This document shows, piece by piece, positions 59,170 to 64,000 of a stretch of 64,000 bases of DNA (positions are counted from its first letter, which is position 1; every line of letters starts with the position of its first letter). The notes beneath the pieces are model-generated. The model made no database searches. It worked only from the letters and a program-made list of their open reading frames with translations, and was not told the origin of the DNA. This DNA is from Verrucomicrobiales bacterium (GTDB lineage Bacteria; Verrucomicrobiota; Verrucomicrobiia; Verrucomicrobiales; SLCJ01). Made by a program: the position numbers and the translations under genes. The DNA is taken from contig JBJTQJ010000030.1 of NCBI GenBank assembly GCA_046075565.1, forward strand, positions 32,001 to 96,000, given 5' to 3'.

Positions 59170-60117
59170 TCAGCGTTTGCTGATTTCCAGCATTCGCAAC
59201 ATGGGCAATTCAGCCCGGGTGCGCAGCTCTTCCGGAATCTCGACGGTGGGCGTGAGGTCGCGCAGGCAATCGGCCAGCTTTTCCAATGTGTTCATTTTCA
59301 TATACCGGCAGTCGGCACAAGCGCATCGGTCGGTCGGCCCCGGTATGAGGTTTTTCCCCGGCACCTCGCGACGCAAGCGGTGCAGCATCCCGCTCTCCGT
59401 TACCACGATAATGTTTTGGTGAGGAGTTTTCCGGCAGTAATCGACCATCTTCTCGGTCGAACAAACCTCGTCGGCGAGCAAGCGGACCGCCTGGGTGCAT
59501 TCCGGGTGCGCCACCACGGCGGCATCGGGGTTTTGTTCCTTGATCTTCCGGATCGATTCGCGGGTGAATTCGACGTGCACGTAACAAGAGCCCTGCCACA
59601 AGTCCATCGGGCGCCCGGTTTGCTCCATCACCCAAGCCCCGAGGTTCTGGTCCGGAACGAAAAGAATCGGGCGATCTTGGGGCGCAGCATTGACGATTTT
59701 CACGGCGTTCCCCGAGGTGCAGATCACATCCGAGAGCGCCTTCACATGGGCGGAGCAGTTGATGTAGGCCACCACCCAATAGTTGCGGTCGGGATTTTCC
59801 TTGAGAAAGGCCTCCAGGGCCGGGCCCGGGCAGCTTTGCTCGAGCGAGCAGCCTGCGTCGCGGTCCGGCAAAACCACCGTCTTGCCCGGATTCACGATTT
59901 TGGCCGTTTCCGCCATGAAATGCACCCCACAGAAGGCAATAACGTCCGCCTCGGTCGCCTTGGCATGGTAGGCCAGCCCGAGCGAATCACCGACGTAGTC
60001 CGCGACCTCCTGGATTTCCGCGATTTGGTAATTATGGGCCAAAATGACGGCATTTCGTTCCTTTTTCAGGCGGGCGATTTCGGCTCGGAGGTCGAGGGCA
60101 GGGGAAAGGGTGGCCAT
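59170..60117 (-). CDS. nadA: Quinolinate synthase
   Basis: ILAHNYQ, GDSL, CGVHFMAET, AGCSL, YINCSA, HPEC, YMKMNTL. Confidence 0.96.
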   Translation of the reverse strand: MATLSPALDLRAEIARLKKERNAVILAHNYQIAEIQEVADYVGDSLGLAYHAKATEADVIAFCGVHFMAETAKIVNPGKTVVLPDRDAGCSLEQSCPGPALEAFLKENPDRNYWVVAYINCSAHVKALSDVICTSGNAVKIVNAAPQDRPILFVPDQNLGAWVMEQTGRPMDLWQGSCYVHVEFTRESIRKIKEQNPDAAVVAHPECTQAVRLLADEVCSTEKMVDYCRKTPHQNIIVVTESGMLHRLRREVPGKNLIPGPTDRCACADCRYMKMNTLEKLADCLRDLTPTVEIPEELRTRAELPMLRMLEISKR

Positions 60118-60168
60118 GGCGGAAACCGATACGTCCGCCAGCGTCCTCCCGCAACTGACCAAAATCGC

Positions 60169-60197
60169 TTGCGCGGGGTGGGGGAATACGGCATAAT
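60169..60197 (+). promoter_or_regulatory. Putative sigma-70 promoter for rpoZ-smpB-uvrB
   Basis: TTGCGC-17 nt-CATAAT. Confidence 0.5.
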
Positions 60198-60270
60198 TTC
60201 CGTCCTTTCCTTTGAACGGTCCGGAATTGAAGGCACCCGCCCATCCGGATTTTCTCCGAATCTCCACTCT

Positions 60271-60474
60271 ATGAAATCCGATCTCGTTGACAGGGCTTCC
60301 GCCATCGTTACCAATCCCCAGGTTTTGATCAACGCCGTCTCCAAAAGAGTCCGGCAGCTCAACCTCGGGCGTCCGCCCATGGTGCAGCCTGTTCTCGGCG
60401 AACGCTACGGTCTCGCCGACTACGCCCTTCTAGAAATCATCGAAGGCAAATTGAAGGTCGAAGCCGAAGACTGA
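60271..60474 (+). CDS. rpoZ: RNA polymerase omega subunit
   Basis: 67 aa MKSDLVDRAS...LINAVSKRVRQL...ALLEIIEGKL. Confidence 0.85.
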   Translation: MKSDLVDRASAIVTNPQVLINAVSKRVRQLNLGRPPMVQPVLGERYGLADYALLEIIEGKLKVEAED

Positions 60475-60558
60475 TTCCGCTGTCATCCAGCGGTCAGTTT
60501 TCAAAGCCATTCGGGGCGGGGATGGACCAGTCCGGTCCTCTCCGCCCTGCTTTTTTCC

Positions 60559-61077
60559 GTGAAATCGCGCCCCTCCAACCCGAAACCCGGCAAAGACAAA
60601 CAGGCCGCCCCCAAGGCGGTCCTGAAGGAAGTCGCGCGCAACCGGAAGGCGGAGCGGGATTTCCATATTCTCGGCAGACACGAAGCGGGAATCGAATTGC
60701 GAGGCACGGAGGTTAAAGCCATCCGCCTCGGCAAGGTGAACCTCATGGACGCCTTTGCCCGCATCGAACGCGGCGAACTCTGGCTTTACGGCTGTGACAT
60801 CCAGCCTTACGAGAAAGCCAGTTTCACCAACCACGCCGCCAAGCGCCCGCGCCGCCTCCTCATGCACCGGCGGGAAATTGACAAACTTTTCGGGACGACC
60901 CAAATCAAGGGACAAACACTCGTTGCCCTGCGGCTCTATTTCAAAGACCAACGCGTGAAAATCGAACTCGGGGTCGGCCGCGGCAAAAATTTCGCCGACC
61001 AACGCCAGGACTTGAAGAAAAAGGCCGTGCAACGCGAAACCGACCGCGAACTCTCCCGCTTGCGGCGCAAAGCCTGA
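60559..61077 (+). CDS. smpB: SsrA-binding protein
   Basis: NRKA, EAGIELRGTEVKAIR, RRLLMHRREI, GRGKNFADQR. Confidence 0.96.
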   Translation: MKSRPSNPKPGKDKQAAPKAVLKEVARNRKAERDFHILGRHEAGIELRGTEVKAIRLGKVNLMDAFARIERGELWLYGCDIQPYEKASFTNHAAKRPRRLLMHRREIDKLFGTTQIKGQTLVALRLYFKDQRVKIELGVGRGKNFADQRQDLKKKAVQRETDRELSRLRRKA

Positions 61078-61090
61078 CCCGCGCGTTCCC

Positions 61091-63271
61091 ATGGCCGGTG
61101 ACTTCCAGCTTGTTTCTCCCTACCAGCCGCAGGGCGATCAAGCCCCCGCCATCGCCAAGCTGGTGAAGTCGCTGCAAGCCGGCCACCGCCACCAGACCCT
61201 GCTCGGGGTGACCGGTTCCGGCAAGACCTTCACCATGGCCAACATCGTGGCGGAACTCAACCGCCCGACCCTTGTCATTTCCCATAACAAAACCCTCGCT
61301 GCCCAACTCTACTCCGAGTTCAAGGCCTTCTTTCCGAACAACGCCGTCGAATACTTCGTCTCCTATTTCGATTACTACCAGCCCGAGGCCTACATTCCCC
61401 GGACCGATACCTACATCGAAAAGGATTCTTCCATCAACGACGAGATCGAACGCCACCGGCTCTCCGCCATGGGCTCGTTGCTCTCGCGCAACGATGTGCT
61501 CGTCGTGGCCTCCGTTTCGTGCATCTACGGACTCGGCTCTCCCGACGACTACCAGAACATGATGGTCCCCGTGCACACGGGTATGACGCTCGACCGCGAC
61601 ACCTTCCTGCGTGGACTCGTCGGTTTGCTCTACGAACGCAACGACATCGCATTCGAACGCGGGAAATTCCGCGCCCGCGGAGATGTGGTCGAGGTCTTTC
61701 CCGCCTACCTCGAGAATACCGCGGTGAGGATCGAATTCTTCGGCGACGAGGTCGAGCGACTCGCCTACATCGATCCGCTCACCGGTGGCGTCCGCCAGAG
61801 CCTCGATGCCTACAACTTCAGCCCGGCCAAACAATTCGTCACTCCCGCCGAAAGGCTGGTTTCCGCTGGCGCCGCCATCCGCGCCGAGATGGAGGAGCGC
61901 GTCTCATGGTTCGAGAACGAAAGAAAATACATCGAAGCCCAGCGGATCAAACAACGCACCGACTACGACCTTGAAATGATGCGGGAAATGGGCTTCTGCC
62001 AGGGAATCGAAAACTACTCGCGCCACCTGACCAATCGCCCGCCCGGCGCCCGGCCCTACACCCTGCTCGATTTCTTTCGTGGCGATTTCCTCACCCTCGT
62101 CGACGAATCACACGCCTCCATCCCGCAGATCGGCGGCATGTATGAAGGCGACCGTTCGAGGAAAACCGTGCTCGTCGAACACGGATTCCGCCTTCCATCT
62201 GCCCTCGACAATCGCCCGCTCAAATTCCCCGAGTTCATGGATCTTTGCGGACAACTCGTCTATGTGTCCGCCACACCAGGACCATTCGAGTTGCTGAACT
62301 CGCGTGTCGGCGTCAAGAAGTTCACGCCGGTTTCCAAATCGCAGGGAGGAGACGAGAACCCCATCCCCGGTGTGCGCCAAGCCGGTTTGCGCGGCTCGGG
62401 CAGCCAGGAACCGGTGGAAAAGTTCGATGTCGCCACTCCAGGTGCGCCCCTTGTGGTCGAACAAATCATCCGCCCAACCGGCTTGCTCGATCCGGTCGTC
62501 ACCATCCGACCGCTCGCCCGCCAAATCGACGAGACCATCGAACTCTGCCGCCAACGTGTCGAAGCCCGCCAGCGCGTGCTCGTGACCACGTTGACCAAAC
62601 GCACCGCTGAAGACCTCACCGAATATCTCAAGGGCGTTGATCTCAAAGTCCGCTACATCCATGCCGACATCGATGCCATCGAACGCGTGGAAATCCTGCG
62701 CGCCCTTCGCGCCGCCGAATTCGATATCCTCGTCGGCATCAATCTCCTCCGCGAAGGACTCGACCTGCCCGAGGTTTCTTTGGTTTGTGTGCTCGATGCC
62801 GACAAGGAAGGATATCTGCGCTCGGCCACCTCGCTCATCCAGACCGCTGGACGCGCCGCCCGTCACATCGATGGAAAAGTCGTTCTTTTTGCCGATCAAA
62901 TCACCGGCTCCATCGAACAATTGCTCGAGGCCACCGACTACCGTCGCAATCGCCAAATCGAACACAACACACTCCACCGCATCACCCCGGAGTCAGTGAA
63001 ACGTGGCGATCAGAAATCGCTGCATTCCTACGAAATGGGAGATGATTCCGCCGCCGCCCGCGTGGCCGAAGCCGCCGGTGAAGACTACGACGTCGCCCGC
63101 GTGCTTGGTGAACTCGAAGCGGAAATGATCGAAGCCGCCGCCGCCCTCGAATACGAACGCGCCGCCCTGCTCCGCGATCAAATCCAGGAACTCAAATCCC
63201 GCCTCGGCACCACCAAGTCCGCCGCCGCTCCCAAACCCAAGCCCCACGGAAAAGGAAAGAGGGGATATTGA
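61091..63271 (+). CDS. uvrB: Excinuclease ABC subunit B
   Basis: [47 protein letters not shown]. Confidence 0.98.
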   Translation: MAGDFQLVSPYQPQGDQAPAIAKLVKSLQAGHRHQTLLGVTGSGKTFTMANIVAELNRPTLVISHNKTLAAQLYSEFKAFFPNNAVEYFVSYFDYYQPEAYIPRTDTYIEKDSSINDEIERHRLSAMGSLLSRNDVLVVASVSCIYGLGSPDDYQNMMVPVHTGMTLDRDTFLRGLVGLLYERNDIAFERGKFRARGDVVEVFPAYLENTAVRIEFFGDEVERLAYIDPLTGGVRQSLDAYNFSPAKQFVTPAERLVSAGAAIRAEMEERVSWFENERKYIEAQRIKQRTDYDLEMMREMGFCQGIENYSRHLTNRPPGARPYTLLDFFRGDFLTLVDESHASIPQIGGMYEGDRSRKTVLVEHGFRLPSALDNRPLKFPEFMDLCGQLVYVSATPGPFELLNSRVGVKKFTPVSKSQGGDENPIPGVRQAGLRGSGSQEPVEKFDVATPGAPLVVEQIIRPTGLLDPVVTIRPLARQIDETIELCRQRVEARQRVLVTTLTKRTAEDLTEYLKGVDLKVRYIHADIDAIERVEILRALRAAEFDILVGINLLREGLDLPEVSLVCVLDADKEGYLRSATSLIQTAGRAARHIDGKVVLFADQITGSIEQLLEATDYRRNRQIEHNTLHRITPESVKRGDQKSLHSYEMGDDSAAARVAEAAGEDYDVARVLGELEAEMIEAAAALEYERAALLRDQIQELKSRLGTTKSAAAPKPKPHGKGKRGY

Positions 63272-63331
63272 GATGAGCGCAAGGCAAGGATACTTCGGCG
63301 TGCCAACTCTTCTCCCGTCCTTTGCGCCAAC

Positions 63332-63355
63332 GGAGCACGGGCGTCCCCGCCCGTG
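63332..63355. repeat. REP-type palindrome (different sequence family)
   Basis: GGAG-CACGGGCG-TCCC-CGCCCGTG. Confidence 0.6.
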
Positions 63356-63512
63356 ACCACTAGCGAAGCCGAACAGTTCTCTATTCCCCGCCCGCTGCAG
63401 GCCGGGGCTATCCGGAAGGCTACCCACGGAAGGATCGGGGATGCTTTGTCGTGCCCGCGAAATAAATCTATTTTTCTTCCAATAAACGCCCGTTTCGTGT
63501 GTCATATCCCGC

Positions 63513-64000
63513 ATGAAGACTCATCTTTTGACCTCCCTGCTTTGCCTCCCCGCGCTGCTCAGCGCCGAACCTGCCCTCAAATTGGAACTGGCCGGACCAA
63601 ACGAGCCGGTCAAGATCAGCCAAAACATCCTCGACCAAGCGGCCGCGCTTCCCGCCGCCCTGAAGGAACTCGAACGTCTGCAGGCTCAGCCGGAGCCGGA
63701 CATGGCAGCCTTCGCCAAGCTCGAGAAAACCCTTGATGGCGGGCGGAGACTGAAACAAGACATCACTTTGCGCGTCCGCTTCACCAATACCGGCAAGGCA
63801 CCCGTGGACTTGCAATATGGACCGGATGTCAGCCAAAACCACCTCACCGTGGAAGGGCCCGGGGCGGTGGCCTTGCCCTTCATGGGCGCAACCACCATGG
63901 AATTCCGCATGCCGAATCCCACACGAATCGGACCCGGTGAAACAAAGGAATTCACCATCCAAGGACTGGCTCAAGGCCATCGCGATCTCAGCCGCTGGCT
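63513..64000 (+). CDS. Secreted hypothetical protein (runs off window edge)
   Basis: Not in ORF track; MKTHLLTSLLCLPALLSA-EPALK... open to the end of the window. Confidence 0.7.
   Translation, partial: MKTHLLTSLLCLPALLSAEPALKLELAGPNEPVKISQNILDQAAALPAALKELERLQAQPEPDMAAFAKLEKTLDGGRRLKQDITLRVRFTNTGKAPVDLQYGPDVSQNHLTVEGPGAVALPFMGATTMEFRMPNPTRIGPGETKEFTIQGLAQGHRDLSRW

Noticed and set aside
17143..62977. Long antisense or alternate-frame ORFs (17143-18186, 26516-28228, 34139-35227, 45239-46984, 49767-51512, 62108-62977)
   Set aside because: Shadow ORFs opposite well-supported genes, with no recognisable motifs
1..64000. CRISPR array, tRNA, rRNA, tmRNA near smpB, transposase, prophage or defence genes
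   Set aside because: No regularly spaced repeats, RNA gene signatures or such protein motifs were recognised by eye

Overview
GC-rich bacterial chromosome segment, most consistent with Verrucomicrobiota (inferred from the ECF-sigma/Ser-Thr-kinase pair, DUF1080 and vWA proteins, short rpoZ-smpB-uvrB block and GC-rich REP-type hairpins). About 55 coding regions, mostly housekeeping, repair, metabolic and envelope genes (lipB, thyA, recG, recJ, folK, pyc, ilvC, pfkA, cstA, msrB, parA, recF, metF, nadA, rpoZ, smpB, uvrB). I see no rRNA, tRNA, CRISPR array, transposase, integrase or prophage gene. The clearest anomaly is gene decay concentrated in dispensable loci: (i) a junction near 30678 joining the 3' end of a Na+-translocating decarboxylase beta gene (- strand) to a 5'-truncated, frameshifted methylmalonyl-CoA mutase (+ strand), next to intact succinate CoA-transferase and pyc; (ii) a truncated, frameshifted YbaK-like gene running in frame into an EF-G paralogue with an internal TGA; (iii) an internal TGA in a YceH/DUF480 gene; (iv) a probably split membrane protein at 773-1458. 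Best candidates for undescribed biology: an acyltransferase coupled to a sphingomyelin/IPC-synthase-like PAP2 enzyme, an intact secreted DD-carboxypeptidase homologue lacking all three catalytic motifs, an RRM protein with a disordered Arg-rich region and amphipathic helix, and an ECF-kinase-NlpC/P60 module. All family calls are from motif recognition by eye, not database searches.
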